60,129 nucleotides of DNA from an uncultured Candidatus Saccharibacteria bacterium (GTDB lineage Bacteria; Patescibacteriota; Minisyncoccia; Sungbacterales; HO2-52-23), in NCBI GenBank assembly GCA_964361495.1, contig CAYIAH010000003.1, forward strand, positions 1 to 60,129. Direction: 5' to 3'. This document shows, in pieces, positions 16,438 through 27,187 of this stretch. Position numbers and translations under genes: made by a program. The notes beneath the pieces are model-generated. The model had not been told where the DNA came from, did no database searches, and saw only the letters and a list, made by a program, of their open reading frames with translations. How positions within the stretch are numbered: position 1 is the first letter of the stretch; each line of letters starts with the position of its first letter.

Positions 16438-17425
16438 AAAAACGAAGCCCTCGAAATAACAATAATGCTCCGTATACAAAGATCAAGAATACTACTACAA
16501 AAACTTGTTCCTGCAGGTGAAGTATCAGTGCGGAGCGCACGGCGATCTCGCGAGCGATGCCGATGAGCATCAAACCAAATGCCGCAGACCCCTCATACAC
16601 GCCAAATCCACCCGTAATCGGAAGAGGTATGGCACTCACCGCAAATATAGGAAAACCGTACGCAGTCATACTTCCCGCGATACCAATCTCAACCCCCGCG
16701 GCCCTCAACAAAAGAAATCCAATCATAAAATTGATTACCCAAAGGACAAATGAGATTACAACCACCGCGAAATGAGCGCCGCTTCCGAGACGCGCGCCCT
16801 CCATAAAGAATTCACCCGCAGTCGCTGCGAGCCACGCGAGAATCTTCTGATTCTTTTCTCGTGCCCGCGATCCCGCTCGTATGAATCGGCCTCCGAGATA
16901 TACGCGCCATCGGCGACGCGCACTCATCAAAAAAATAATACCGATCGAGAATGCCGCAAAAGGAACCGCATACCATGCGATCACTGCGGCATTTCCTGCG
17001 CCAAGTACCCACATAGCCGCAATGAAAAAGAGCAACGCCGCACTCATAAAGTCGTATGCGCGCGCCACTGCCAGCGATGCCACCGCACCGCCAATCGCAA
17101 TCCCGGCGCGATGCGCCATATGAACGTATGAAAACTCTCCTGCGCGAAATGGAAGTACGAGATTCAATACATTCTGAATCGCAACTATCGGGACGATCTT
17201 TTGAATCAACATTCTGCCGCCGAGCAGCAGACTAAAACGCCATGCGCGCATCATATTGACTGCCGCATACAATAAGAATCCAACCGCAGCGAAACGCCAA
17301 TCTGTGATACGCGCGTGCGCAACGAACTCCTTTACGCCGACCATACGGACAATAAATACTGCGATGGTTATGCCGGCAGTAATCGAAAAAACAGTAGCGA
17401 TCAATGAACGGAGATGGAATTTCAT
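16427..17425 (-). CDS. Polytopic membrane protein, flippase-like / LPG_synthase_TM-like domain
   Basis: About 8 hydrophobic segments. The N-terminus MKFHLRSLIATVF...MRAWRFSLLLG resembles the UPF0104/LPG synthase TM family. The start at 17425 forms an ATGA overlap. Confidence 0.55.
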   Translation of the reverse strand: MKFHLRSLIATVFSITAGITIAVFIVRMVGVKEFVAHARITDWRFAAVGFLLYAAVNMMRAWRFSLLLGGRMLIQKIVPIVAIQNVLNLVLPFRAGEFSYVHMAHRAGIAIGGAVASLAVARAYDFMSAALLFFIAAMWVLGAGNAAVIAWYAVPFAAFSIGIIFLMSARRRWRVYLGGRFIRAGSRAREKNQKILAWLAATAGEFFMEGARLGSGAHFAVVVISFVLWVINFMIGFLLLRAAGVEIGIAGSMTAYGFPIFAVSAIPLPITGGFGVYEGSAAFGLMLIGIAREIAVRSALILHLQEQVFVVVFLIFVYGALLLFRGLRFYGK

Positions 17426-18360
17426 TGAAGTCGGTTTTCTGATTTCTGTAAAAGAAAGGTGCACCGGGAACTTTTCCCCGCGACCGCCGCCGCAATGCTG
17501 ACAGGAAGCGCGAGTCCGAAAAGGAGGGGATTTTTTATACTGAAGAATTTTCCTGTCGTCGTCCAGCCCCGCGAATTGAGGAAACGCCGCACGCCGCCGA
17601 TCCAATCATTCGGCACTGCGCTCTGCGAGATATTGACGATTCGAAACCCCGCTTCACGAACGTAGCGCGCCATGGTTTCGCGCGTAAAAATATAGAAATG
17701 GCGCGGCGCGTCGAGGCAATGCCAGTAGGTGCCAAAAACTTTTCGATCCCATGACTCAAAATTCGGCACGCTGACGAGCGCATATCCTCCTTCTTTGAGA
17801 AGACCCCGCATCTTTGCAAGCGCCGCTTTCGGAGAAGCGAGATGCTCAAGGACGTAACGAAGCATCACGACATCAAACTCGCGCGGTTCGGTCGGCACGA
17901 ACTCCTCAAACGTCGTCGTCCAAATGTCGAGGCCATAGACGCGCCTCCCTTCACGAGCTGCCCGTTCATCCATCTCAAGACCATAAACCTTATAACGGTC
18001 CCTAAAATATGCAAGGAATTCACCCGATGCGCAGCCGACCTCAAGCACCGCACTCCCCCTTGGAACGTATCTCCGAATAAGCCGTTTCTCGCGCATCCAA
18101 AAAATCTGTTTTGCATACCGAACGAGCCGCGAACTAATCTCATAAGGAAGATACGTTTCCGGATAATAGCGGCCGATTTCACTTCTTGATGGCCGCGGAT
18201 TCAAATAATAGAGGCCGCACTCTCGACAACGTACCAATGTAAATCTCCCCCCAAGACACCAATTCGTATCCGCAATATCATTCATCACGGCCAGAAAATC
18301 AGACGATCCGCATAGATCGCATATCGTATATTCAAGAGCGCTCACCGCATCGTCTTTCAT
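17422..18360 (-). CDS. SAM-dependent methyltransferase with N-terminal zinc ribbon
   Basis: CDLCG...CRECGLYYLNP followed by VLEVGCASGEF. Same architecture as the ORF at 1522-2520. Confidence 0.75.
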   Translation of the reverse strand: MKDDAVSALEYTICDLCGSSDFLAVMNDIADTNWCLGGRFTLVRCRECGLYYLNPRPSRSEIGRYYPETYLPYEISSRLVRYAKQIFWMREKRLIRRYVPRGSAVLEVGCASGEFLAYFRDRYKVYGLEMDERAAREGRRVYGLDIWTTTFEEFVPTEPREFDVVMLRYVLEHLASPKAALAKMRGLLKEGGYALVSVPNFESWDRKVFGTYWHCLDAPRHFYIFTRETMARYVREAGFRIVNISQSAVPNDWIGGVRRFLNSRGWTTTGKFFSIKNPLLFGLALPVSIAAAVAGKSSRCTFLLQKSENRLQ

Positions 18361-19457
18361 AAAGAGTGCGCCGCCGCGCGGATTTCTTTTACGAGTAAAT
18401 CGGCCTGCCGCTCAAGAGAAAAACGCTCTTCGGCAATTTTCCTTCCCTCATCGCCGAGCCGCTGCCGCAAGGCCGCATTAGTCACAAGTAAAGAGAGCGC
18501 TTCGACCCACTCATCCAAAGAATTAACCAAAAACCCGTTAATGCCATGGCGTACCACGGTTCGATTCAAACCTAAGTTAGATGCCACAATGGGAATACCC
18601 ACGCTCATATAAAGAATCATTTTGCCGCCAAGCCGTCCCCGATTGAATGGAGCATCGTCAAGCGGCATGACGCCGATGTCAAATGAACAGAGGTCCGCAT
18701 ATTCTTCTTCGAGCCGCCATTCTTTTTTGATGAACCCGATTCCTTTCATTGAAAAATCAAGTGCGGCGCCCACCACTTTTAATTGAACGTTCTCGTGACG
18801 CGCCGCGAGTCGTGCGAAAACTGGCGCGATCCCCTCCAAAAGATAACTCGTCGAGGGGCTGCCGATCCAACCGACGGTTACCGTCTCCAAAGATCTTCCG
18901 CGAGGAACGGGATGAATTCGCGCACTATTCACCGGAAATGAAATAATAAAAACATGAGGATTGTACTTTTTTGCTTCCGCCGCAAGATACTCATTTTCAG
19001 TCATCACTGAAACCGCATGGCGTACCATATTACGAAAAAGATGCGCTTGATAACGGATAAGTCTGGATTCGATGCGTCCTTGCGGCAAAAAGGGATTCGT
19101 CTCATAAATCGCATCTTCAAAGCCATAGATCACGTGCGGATTACAGAGACGCAATACCCAGTAGAGCGACGCGGGCATCGTATATTTTTGAATGTAGACC
19201 ACGTCATATCGCCATGCGCCGCAGATCCACCATGAAGTTTTCATAATGCCGCAAAGAGACGACCAAAAGAAATTTATTTTTTTAACAATCCGATGCGCGG
19301 GTACCAGCCCCATCTGCAATTTGAAGAATCGATCAGAGTAAATGTTCCTGACGATACACGAAATCCCCGCGCGTTCAAACAACGGCACGAATTGATATAC
19401 ATAGATACGGCTTGTGCCTCCGAGGGGAGAAAAAAGTGTGAGAAATAATACTTTCAT
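18357..19457 (-). CDS. GT-B glycosyltransferase (GT4-like)
   Basis: MKVLFLTLF N-terminus and a C-terminal GGKMILYMSVGIPIVAS sugar-donor motif region. The start at 19457 forms an ATGA overlap. Confidence 0.7.
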   Translation of the reverse strand: MKVLFLTLFSPLGGTSRIYVYQFVPLFERAGISCIVRNIYSDRFFKLQMGLVPAHRIVKKINFFWSSLCGIMKTSWWICGAWRYDVVYIQKYTMPASLYWVLRLCNPHVIYGFEDAIYETNPFLPQGRIESRLIRYQAHLFRNMVRHAVSVMTENEYLAAEAKKYNPHVFIISFPVNSARIHPVPRGRSLETVTVGWIGSPSTSYLLEGIAPVFARLAARHENVQLKVVGAALDFSMKGIGFIKKEWRLEEEYADLCSFDIGVMPLDDAPFNRGRLGGKMILYMSVGIPIVASNLGLNRTVVRHGINGFLVNSLDEWVEALSLLVTNAALRQRLGDEGRKIAEERFSLERQADLLVKEIRAAAHSL

Positions 19458-20602
19458 ACTCTCTCTGCTGCGCCCGAATGAACAAGGCAATGGCGCAGCG
19501 CGGAAACCACATACTCCTGTTCTTTTGTCTTTATGTTCTCAAAAAATGGAAGTGAGAGAATGCGTTCCGCAGCACGATCGCTCACCGGGCATTGATCACG
19601 GGGGCCGGCGTACCACGGCTGACGATACACAGGTAGCGGATAATGCACGGCGGTTTCGACTCCGCGATCTTCCAGCGCAACGCGAAGTTTCTCGCGATCA
19701 ATACCTTCAATAAGTTCAACCACATAAAGATGGTATACGTGCCGTACGCGTGAATCCCGACCCACCGGCATAAGGGGAAGGCCCGCCTTCTTCAATAATG
19801 CATCATAATATCCTGCTCGCTCCTGCCGACGACGTATAGCCGCGCCAAGCGTCTTAAGTTTAAGGGATAGACAAATCGCCTGCAGCCCGTCAAGCCGCAT
19901 ATTAAATCCGAAATAACGGTGATCATTTTTTGCGGCTTGCCCGAGGTTTCTGATCGCGCGCATCTTTTCGTAGAGATCTTTTCTACTGGTTACCACCGCG
20001 CCCGCGTCCCCGAATGCCCCGAGATTCTTGGTCGGATAAAAACTGAACGCGCCGATATCGCCCCAAAGGCCCGCTAATTTTTTCTTGAACAACGCGAGGT
20101 GCGCCTGCGCGCAATCTTCCACGACGAAAAGCTTGTGCGCGCGCGCAATCGCGCATATCTTCTCCATATCGCACGGCTGACCATAAAGATGCACCGGGAG
20201 GATCGCCTTTGTTCTTGCCGTAATGAGATTTTCGATCTTGGACGGATTTAATAAAAGCGTATCCTTTCTGATGTCCGCAAATCGCGGCGCAGCTCCCGTT
20301 CTCATGATCGCGGTCACGGTCGCATTATACGCATTCCCCTGTGTGATCACCTCATCGCCTTCTCCAATCCCGAGCGCGGCGAGCGCAAGATACAATGCGT
20401 CAGAACCGCTGCTCGTGCCAAGGCACCAGCGCGCGCCAAGGATTTTTGCCCATGCGCGCTCAAAATCCTCCACTTCTTTGCCCAAAATAAATTGTTGCCG
20501 CTCCAGAAATTTTCCGACGGCGCCCAGATATTGTGTCTTTATTCGTTCGGTTGGAACTCCGAGATTCATCAGCGGCACTCGTATTTTTTTAGCGATTTTC
20601 AT
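19454..20602 (-). CDS. DegT/DnrJ/EryC1/StrS-family PLP-dependent sugar aminotransferase
   Basis: Contains the conserved stretches GTSSGSDALYLAL and DCAQA. The PLP-lysine context is SFYPTKNLGAFGDAG. Confidence 0.85.
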   Translation of the reverse strand: MKIAKKIRVPLMNLGVPTERIKTQYLGAVGKFLERQQFILGKEVEDFERAWAKILGARWCLGTSSGSDALYLALAALGIGEGDEVITQGNAYNATVTAIMRTGAAPRFADIRKDTLLLNPSKIENLITARTKAILPVHLYGQPCDMEKICAIARAHKLFVVEDCAQAHLALFKKKLAGLWGDIGAFSFYPTKNLGAFGDAGAVVTSRKDLYEKMRAIRNLGQAAKNDHRYFGFNMRLDGLQAICLSLKLKTLGAAIRRRQERAGYYDALLKKAGLPLMPVGRDSRVRHVYHLYVVELIEGIDREKLRVALEDRGVETAVHYPLPVYRQPWYAGPRDQCPVSDRAAERILSLPFFENIKTKEQEYVVSALRHCLVHSGAAERV

Positions 20603-21530
20603 GAGTAAAAAATCTATAGGAAGCGAGGGTGCGCCTCAGGCCTTCTCTTAAAGGAGTGCGCGCATGAAAATTAATCAGCCGCGCCGCACGTGATATATCA
20701 AGGACTCGCCGGACCTGGCCCTCGGGCCGTGATGCATCCCACTGCAAATCTCCATTAAAAGAGACCAGCTGGAATAAAATTTTTATCAGATCGCGGATGG
20801 ACGTCTCCTTTCCGCTCCCAATATTCATCGATTCAGGCCCATCAAAAGATTCCGCTGCACGCACGATCGCTTCTGCCGCATCGTCGACGTATAAAAAATC
20901 GCGGGTGGCGCGCCCCCTCCCCCACCCCATAAAAACACGGTCTCCCGCGCGCTTCGCCTCAAGAATCTGTCGCGTCAGAGAAGGAATAAGGTATGTCCCA
21001 TTCTTATCATCCCCGGGACCGTACACATTCCCCAATATAAGATGCGCTGCGTTCAATCCACACATGGAATGGTAGAGCATGCCCTGCGCAAGCATGAGAC
21101 GTTTCGACATCGCATACCCCAGCTGTGTATGATCTGGAGCGCCGTTCCATATATACTCCTCCCGGAATGGAACCGGCGTCTCGCGGGGATATTCACTCGC
21201 GCTTCCCACATTCACTATCTTTTGGACACCCGTCCTGCGCGCCGCTTCCATGATATTGAGATTGATGAGTGTATTCTCATAGAAAAGCCTGCCGACATCC
21301 TTTTCATGAAATCCAATACCTCCGGTGACCGCAGCAAGATGAATAACCACATCTATTTTCCTGACGGCACGCATCGCGTCATCCCATGTCCGAAGATCAC
21401 ATTCACGCGAGGTCGGCATACGAAGGGAGCGCCGCGAGAGACCGCATTTTTCAATGAGCCTCCGCACCACGTGTTGACCGATAAACCCGCTGCCGCCCGT
21501 GATCAATATTTTCTTCCCGCGCAAGCGCAT
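20589..21530 (-). CDS. GDP-L-fucose synthase-like NDP-sugar epimerase/reductase (SDR)
   Basis: ILITGGSGFIGQHV, YAMSKRL (YxxxK), NVYGPGD and RDFLYVDD, arranged in the Fcl-like layout. Confidence 0.7.
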   Translation of the reverse strand: MRLRGKKILITGGSGFIGQHVVRRLIEKCGLSRRSLRMPTSRECDLRTWDDAMRAVRKIDVVIHLAAVTGGIGFHEKDVGRLFYENTLINLNIMEAARRTGVQKIVNVGSASEYPRETPVPFREEYIWNGAPDHTQLGYAMSKRLMLAQGMLYHSMCGLNAAHLILGNVYGPGDDKNGTYLIPSLTRQILEAKRAGDRVFMGWGRGRATRDFLYVDDAAEAIVRAAESFDGPESMNIGSGKETSIRDLIKILFQLVSFNGDLQWDASRPEGQVRRVLDISRAARLINFHARTPLREGLRRTLASYRFFTHENR

Positions 21531-21557
21531 AATCTATTTTAAAACGCCTGCTTCCCC

Positions 21558-22742
21558 CTATACGTCACCCCTCTCAATAATCATCGGCGCCGGCACGTGA
21601 GTGATCCATTTGCCCCCCGACTGCCGAAACCACGCCTGATTCGCGTCAATTTCTTTGAAGTGATTCCACGCAAAGAGCATCGCGTGATCAACATTTTTAA
21701 ATTCTTCCTGCCCCACCACGGGAATGTGCACTCCCGGATAATATTTTCCCTGTTTTGCGGGCGTATTGTCGGTGATAAAAGGGATTAAATCCGGGCCAAT
21801 GCCGCAATAGTTGCACACAATCACGCCTTTTGATGTTGCGCCAAACCCGCACAGACGCGCGCCCTCTTTTTTACAGCGAGAAAGCAATTCCACCAATTCC
21901 CGTTTTGATCTCTCGATGTTCGCGGAGAAGTTTTCAATCAGCCGCGGCAATTCCCGCTCGCGGCCAACCCAATCGAGCACTTTGTTTTTGACCGGATACG
22001 CATCCTGGCGGCCGATGTACATCCGCATGCTTCCGCCATGGGTTTCAAGATGCTCAATATCAAATACATGAAGACCAAACGGAGCGGCAAGCGCGTTGAT
22101 AAATCCGATGGTGAAATACCAGATGTGTTCATCATAAATCTGGTCATACGCGTTTTTCTCCATCACGTCCAAAAAATAGGGGTCTTCAATAACGCATATC
22201 CCGCGGCCGCCGATGAGGCGCACCGCCATCCGAAAATATCCGGCAATATCATCAATTGAAATCAAACTATTTGCCTCGTAGATCACCGACACCGGCCCGC
22301 GCGCAAGGATCTCGTCAATGACGCCATCATCCATAAATTTGACGGTCACTTCATGGCCCTTTTCTTGGGCGACGCGCGCGACGTTTGCCGAGGGCTCCAC
22401 GCCCATCGCTCGCACGCCAAGATCCCGCCACGCGTCAAGCATAATGCCGTCGTTGCTTCCAACCTCGACGACGATTCCTTTTTCTGCATACGGCAGGAGC
22501 GTCTCTGCCGCCCTGCGGAAATGCTCTTTCATCGCGCGCGACGTCGAGGAATAATACGCATAATGATCATGGAACATCATCTCCCGCGGGACTATATTCA
22601 TAAGTCCCACTGCTTTTGTCCGCGGATCGTATCCCAAAACCATTTCATAGAAATATTCCCGCCCGAATTCTTCAGGAGTGAGAAAGGCGTTCGCGATCGG
22701 CATTTTTCCGAAATTGATGACCGGCTGAAGCGCAATATCCAT
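21558..22742 (-). CDS. NDP-hexose C-methyltransferase-like (TylCIII family)
   Basis: The N-terminus PVINFGKMPIANAFL, a central methyltransferase core VVEVGSNDG, and a long C-terminal domain are typical of sugar C-methyltransferases. Confidence 0.65.
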   Translation of the reverse strand: MDIALQPVINFGKMPIANAFLTPEEFGREYFYEMVLGYDPRTKAVGLMNIVPREMMFHDHYAYYSSTSRAMKEHFRRAAETLLPYAEKGIVVEVGSNDGIMLDAWRDLGVRAMGVEPSANVARVAQEKGHEVTVKFMDDGVIDEILARGPVSVIYEANSLISIDDIAGYFRMAVRLIGGRGICVIEDPYFLDVMEKNAYDQIYDEHIWYFTIGFINALAAPFGLHVFDIEHLETHGGSMRMYIGRQDAYPVKNKVLDWVGRERELPRLIENFSANIERSKRELVELLSRCKKEGARLCGFGATSKGVIVCNYCGIGPDLIPFITDNTPAKQGKYYPGVHIPVVGQEEFKNVDHAMLFAWNHFKEIDANQAWFRQSGGKWITHVPAPMIIERGDV

Positions 22743-22765
22743 ACGATGACTATACCCTGCTTATC

Positions 22766-23884
22766 TCATTTTGACAACCGAAGCAGCTTCGCGGCGCGCA
22801 TTTTTTTCAATGTGCGCGCGAGGTATTTTTTTGCTTCCGGAAAATTTTTCACCCATTCAATGTATTCTGTCGCGCTTTCCTCCGCCGAAACCCGGGAGCG
22901 CCATCCCAGTTTTTTTAAACTCCCCACGTCGGCAATGGAATGGCGCGGCGCGCCGATCCGGTACAGGCCCGGAAACACGGGGTCATACCGAATGCCGGCG
23001 GCATGCGCCACAATCTTCGCGAGCTCCGTTACCCGAAGCGGCGTCCCGCTCCCCACGTTAAATGCCCTGAAATCCGCGGCAGGATCGCTCAAGACCGTAA
23101 GATGCGCCGCGGCAACATCTTTTACATTGACATAATCGCGAATCTGCATGCCGTCCTCGTGCATAGTCATCGGCTCGCCCGCCATAGCCATCACCGCGAA
23201 TTGCCGCAGCGCGCCGGAATAAAAATGCCGAAAGGTTTGGTGCGATCCGTGCGCAATCGTATAGCGCATGACAACGGAGGGTATCTCATACCTCTTTCCC
23301 AAATCCCATGCGATATCTTCAACCGCGCGTTTTGAAATGCCGTAGGGGATGATCGGCTTCAAAAAATCGTCCTCTTTTTCGGGAAGGGGATCTACGTCGT
23401 GATTCCCGCGGACACACCGCACCTCCCACTCATGTTTTTTAAGCTCGCGCTCGGCGCGCGGGGAGGGATAAAAAATCCCGTGAGTTTTGCAGCGATACTT
23501 TCCTTCTCCGTAGACCGACTGCGAAGACGCGACAACGACTTTTTTTATTGGATATTTTTTTTCAACAATCACCTCATAAAGAAGCGCGGTACTCGCCGTG
23601 TTCACCGTGAAAAAAGTGCTGAAATCCAGATGGAAATCAAGATAGCCGGCAAGATGAAATACATAATCAACGCGCCGGAGTACCGCCGTCCAATCATTTT
23701 TATTCCGCACGTCGCCGCGAACATATTCCGCTTTTTTATTCATCCAAAGAGGCGTCTCGCCGCCGTGGATCAACGCATCAAAATTATCCATGACGCGCAC
23801 GCGAAAACCCGCATCAATCAGTGCGGTTGCAAGATGCGATCCGATAAATCCGGCGCCCCCGGTGATCAACGCCCTTTCTTTCAT
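22766..23884 (-). CDS. NAD-dependent NDP-sugar epimerase/dehydratase (extended SDR)
   Basis: ALITGGAGFIGSHL and YGISKRAVE (YxxxK). Confidence 0.75.
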   Translation of the reverse strand: MKERALITGGAGFIGSHLATALIDAGFRVRVMDNFDALIHGGETPLWMNKKAEYVRGDVRNKNDWTAVLRRVDYVFHLAGYLDFHLDFSTFFTVNTASTALLYEVIVEKKYPIKKVVVASSQSVYGEGKYRCKTHGIFYPSPRAERELKKHEWEVRCVRGNHDVDPLPEKEDDFLKPIIPYGISKRAVEDIAWDLGKRYEIPSVVMRYTIAHGSHQTFRHFYSGALRQFAVMAMAGEPMTMHEDGMQIRDYVNVKDVAAAHLTVLSDPAADFRAFNVGSGTPLRVTELAKIVAHAAGIRYDPVFPGLYRIGAPRHSIADVGSLKKLGWRSRVSAEESATEYIEWVKNFPEAKKYLARTLKKMRAAKLLRLSK

Positions 23885-24888
23885 ATGTTTTTATTTTCTC
23901 TATATACCGACTCAACAATGCGTAATGTCGCGAGTCCGTCCTCGCCGCTCGGACGCGGAGCTCTCCGACCGCGGATTGCCGCCGCAAACTCTTCAAGCTC
24001 ACGCACGAGAGCTTTGTCCGCATCGGGATCGCATTCAATAATTCTTTCTTTCCGGACGGCAAAGTCATCGGTGCGGCTTGCCGCGATTACCCGTTCACTT
24101 CCGCCATACTTCCTCCCGAGACCCTCGACTTTCACATATCCGGACGTCCCGTACACCTCAAAAGAAAACAGGGGGTCCCACTGGGTTAAACTGATGTGAA
24201 GCGACGAAAGTCCCCCGTTCTTGTGACGTATGATGACACACGCATTATCCTCAACGTCTGATTTCCAAAAAGAGCGCGCAGTCAAACCCCGCGCACGCAT
24301 ACTATCTCCCAAAAACCACCGCGATAAATCAATCAAATGCACTCCCTGATCTATCAAGTGGCCGCCCCCGCTTATTTTTTTGTCATGCCGCCACGTCGCC
24401 TCATACCCTTTTCTTCCCCCGAATCCGTGCCGCGCGCGGACAAAAATAGGGATGCCGATTTTCCCTGAGTCAACCATCTTTTTTGCCGCGAGAATCCCGG
24501 AGAAATAACGATAATTATATCCCATCATCAAGACGCATTTTTTTCTTCGCGCCAATGCGACTGCCGCCGCGAGCTCGCGTGCGGTGCGGCCGCCGGGCTT
24601 CTCAAGAAGCACGTGAAATCCCGCCGCAAGCGAGTTCCGAGCAAGAGAAGACAACGCATCATGCGGAACCGCAATCACCGCTGCGTCAACCGCCGCCTTT
24701 TTATCTTCAAGCAATTCTTCAATCCCCGCGAAAGGAACCGCCCCGAAACGCGCCGCCGCATTTTGAGCGCGCTCGCGCGCGATATCAACCACGGCGGCAA
24801 GACGTCCCCCGCGAAATGCATGGATTGCCTGCGCCCAACGCCATCCCATTGCACCGGCCCCGATTAATGCGATATTCAGCCGTTTCAT
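23881..24888 (-). CDS. Gfo/Idh/MocA-family oxidoreductase
   Basis: LNIALIGAGAMG Rossmann motif and VLLEKPGG. The ATG at 24888 is preferred; the ORF-track start at 24912 is a TTG. Confidence 0.8.
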   Translation of the reverse strand: MKRLNIALIGAGAMGWRWAQAIHAFRGGRLAAVVDIARERAQNAAARFGAVPFAGIEELLEDKKAAVDAAVIAVPHDALSSLARNSLAAGFHVLLEKPGGRTARELAAAVALARRKKCVLMMGYNYRYFSGILAAKKMVDSGKIGIPIFVRARHGFGGRKGYEATWRHDKKISGGGHLIDQGVHLIDLSRWFLGDSMRARGLTARSFWKSDVEDNACVIIRHKNGGLSSLHISLTQWDPLFSFEVYGTSGYVKVEGLGRKYGGSERVIAASRTDDFAVRKERIIECDPDADKALVRELEEFAAAIRGRRAPRPSGEDGLATLRIVESVYRENKNI

Positions 24889-24898
24889 AAATCCGTAC

Positions 24899-26200
24899 TC
24901 ACGCCTTTCCAATCCCTTTATAGAGAAAACCGAGTTTGGTTAATTCTTCTTCGCGTTCGCGGAAAAAATTGCGTGTATCAAAAAAAAGATGCGGCTCCTT
25001 CATCTTATCCTTGAGCAGTGCGAAATCAATTTCTGCAAATTGCGGCCATGCGGTCAGCAAAACCACCGCATGACATCCCGACGCCATCTCATACGGACTC
25101 GCACACGGAGACGCGCGAAGCATCCCCGCGAGCTCCCCGGAATCTGCCGCCGGGTCATACGCGACAACGTCCGCGCCGCGCGCTTTTAATAAAGATGCCA
25201 CCTCGAGTGCGAGCGAACGGCGCAATGTCGCGGTCCCGGGCTTGTACGTTGCACCCAATATCCCCACACGCGCCCCAAAGAGAGTCCGCCCAAGCAGTGT
25301 TTCAATCCGATCGATCATACGGCGGCGACGGGTTTCATTCGTTACCGCCGCGCCCTCAATCACGGGCAGGACAAGTTTCGCCTCCTTTGAAAGACCTATC
25401 AGCATTTTTATATCGCGCATGAGCGTGCCGCCGGAAAATCCGATGCTTGCGTCAAGATACGCGGCTGGCCCGATCCGGGAATCGCTTTTCAATGCTTTCG
25501 TCACATCAGCAATATCGCCGCCATGCGCTTCGCATAGATCCGCGATGTTATATATAAAAGAAAGGGAAGTTCCGAGATACCCGTTGAGCGCGTGTTTTGA
25601 CAATTCCGCCGAGGCAATCTTCATGTGAAGCCGCGGAGAAGAACTCTTTGCTAAAATTAATTCAACTGCATCGTGCCCATCCGCGCTGTCCGCGCCGATC
25701 ACAAAACGATCCGCATTCAAAAAACAGTCCATCGCTTTGCCCAACTGCAGGTTCTCCGGAAAATAGACCGGCTCGCATTTCCGCGCGCGATCGTCCCCGG
25801 CAATAATCGCCGCGAGTTTTTTGGTCGTCCCCACCGGCACTTGGCTCATCACCACAAAAAGAATCTTCGCGGGAAGAAACGGGGCGATTTTTTTCGCGGC
25901 GGCAAATAAAATAGAGGTATCCGGCTCATCCGCGTCAGTCACCGGCGTATCAAAAGTAAAAAAAATACTCTCGCACTGCGCGAGATTTTTTATGTCGTGG
26001 GTAAACGAAAGGGTGCCGGCGCGAAGATGCTTCGCGATGGACTCCCGAAGGCCTGGCTCTTCAAGCGGAGGAATTCCTTTCTGCAGATTTTCAATCGTCT
26101 CTGGATTTTCATCAACGCCAATCACTCTATGCCCCAATTCGGCAAGCCCCGCCGCCGCAATTTCCCCCAAATGCCATAATCCGACTACGCCGATTTTCAT
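24899..26200 (-). CDS. UDP-glucose/GDP-mannose (NDP-sugar) 6-dehydrogenase family
   Basis: MKIGVVGLWHLGEIAAAGLAELGH Rossmann motif and the three-domain length (433 aa) typical of the Ugd/WecC family. Confidence 0.8.
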   Translation of the reverse strand: MKIGVVGLWHLGEIAAAGLAELGHRVIGVDENPETIENLQKGIPPLEEPGLRESIAKHLRAGTLSFTHDIKNLAQCESIFFTFDTPVTDADEPDTSILFAAAKKIAPFLPAKILFVVMSQVPVGTTKKLAAIIAGDDRARKCEPVYFPENLQLGKAMDCFLNADRFVIGADSADGHDAVELILAKSSSPRLHMKIASAELSKHALNGYLGTSLSFIYNIADLCEAHGGDIADVTKALKSDSRIGPAAYLDASIGFSGGTLMRDIKMLIGLSKEAKLVLPVIEGAAVTNETRRRRMIDRIETLLGRTLFGARVGILGATYKPGTATLRRSLALEVASLLKARGADVVAYDPAADSGELAGMLRASPCASPYEMASGCHAVVLLTAWPQFAEIDFALLKDKMKEPHLFFDTRNFFREREEELTKLGFLYKGIGKA

Positions 26201-26230
26201 ACACCGAATATACCCTATGGCACGAAAAAA

Positions 26231-27175
26231 TCAACCGGCGGCGCGGGCATTCGCGATTGATCGAAGATGCGAAATCGTCTCCCTGATTCCTTCTCTCAAA
26301 TCTCCTCGCGGCTCGCAGCCGCGGCTGCGGAATTTTGAATCATCAACCTCGTACGAAAGTTGATTCATAATTGGCGAATCCACATGCGCAATCGTGAGCT
26401 CCGGCGCGAATTCACGAATCGCTTCCACGATGTTCTCCACCGTGTAATTCGCCGTGAGCACGTTATACGTCTCACCGTCAAAGAAATCGCGTTCCAGTAT
26501 AAAGTTGATCGCACGCACGCAGTCGCCCAAATCCAAATACGGACGCTTCTGTTTCCATACGGTCTTCCACACCGTCAGGGGCTCGCCCATGACTGCCTGC
26601 CAGATGAATTTATTCACTGCGGTATGAAACCGCATGCCGACCGACCACCCGAAAATCGTGCCAAAACGGCAGATGACATAACGCAGCCCCCGCGATTTCA
26701 AATTTCTTATATACGCTTCGGCTGCGAGTTTTGACTCCGCATACGGACTCTGGGGTTTTAATTCCGTGCAGGTCTCGTCCACGCGCGATTCCTGGCTCCC
26801 ATAGACGCTCGTCGTCGAGGGGAAAAAGAGTGGCGCGCCCGTCTCACGGCATGCTTCGGCAAGCCGCCTTGTCCCTTCAAAATTAACATCCATCACCTCC
26901 CGCGCGCGCTCATGACTATTCGCCGCATCAGTGAGCGCCGCAAGATGGATCACAAGATCCGCGCTCTCAATTAATCTCTTCATATCCGCACTCCGAATAT
27001 CATTCTCAACAAAAGTAAATTTAATATCCTTCGGCAAATCAAAAAGCGACGGATACCGCTGCGTCGCAAGATTATCCAATAAAATCACTTCACTGATCTG
27101 TCGTTCGGGCAACTCTCGAATCAAGCGGGAACCAATATGGCCCAAGGGGCCGGTGATAAGAATTTTTTTATGCAT
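26231..27175 (-). CDS. NAD-dependent epimerase/dehydratase (SDR)
   Basis: ILITGPLGHIGSRL and YAESKLAAE. Confidence 0.75.
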   Translation of the reverse strand: MHKKILITGPLGHIGSRLIRELPERQISEVILLDNLATQRYPSLFDLPKDIKFTFVENDIRSADMKRLIESADLVIHLAALTDAANSHERAREVMDVNFEGTRRLAEACRETGAPLFFPSTTSVYGSQESRVDETCTELKPQSPYAESKLAAEAYIRNLKSRGLRYVICRFGTIFGWSVGMRFHTAVNKFIWQAVMGEPLTVWKTVWKQKRPYLDLGDCVRAINFILERDFFDGETYNVLTANYTVENIVEAIREFAPELTIAHVDSPIMNQLSYEVDDSKFRSRGCEPRGDLREGIRETISHLRSIANARAAG

Positions 27176-27187
27176 GTCACAAAATTT

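Noticed and set aside
22353-24199. Long plus-strand ORFs (22353-23135 at 260 aa and 23399-24199 at 266 aa). Similar cases are 51456-52235, 53678-54346, 56263-56949, 27137-27799, 36739-37449 and 11642-12289.
   Set aside because: All lie antisense to, or out of frame within, well-supported enzyme genes. Their translations are low-complexity and Arg/Pro/Ser-rich with no recognisable motifs. They are typical shadow ORFs in GC-rich coding DNA.
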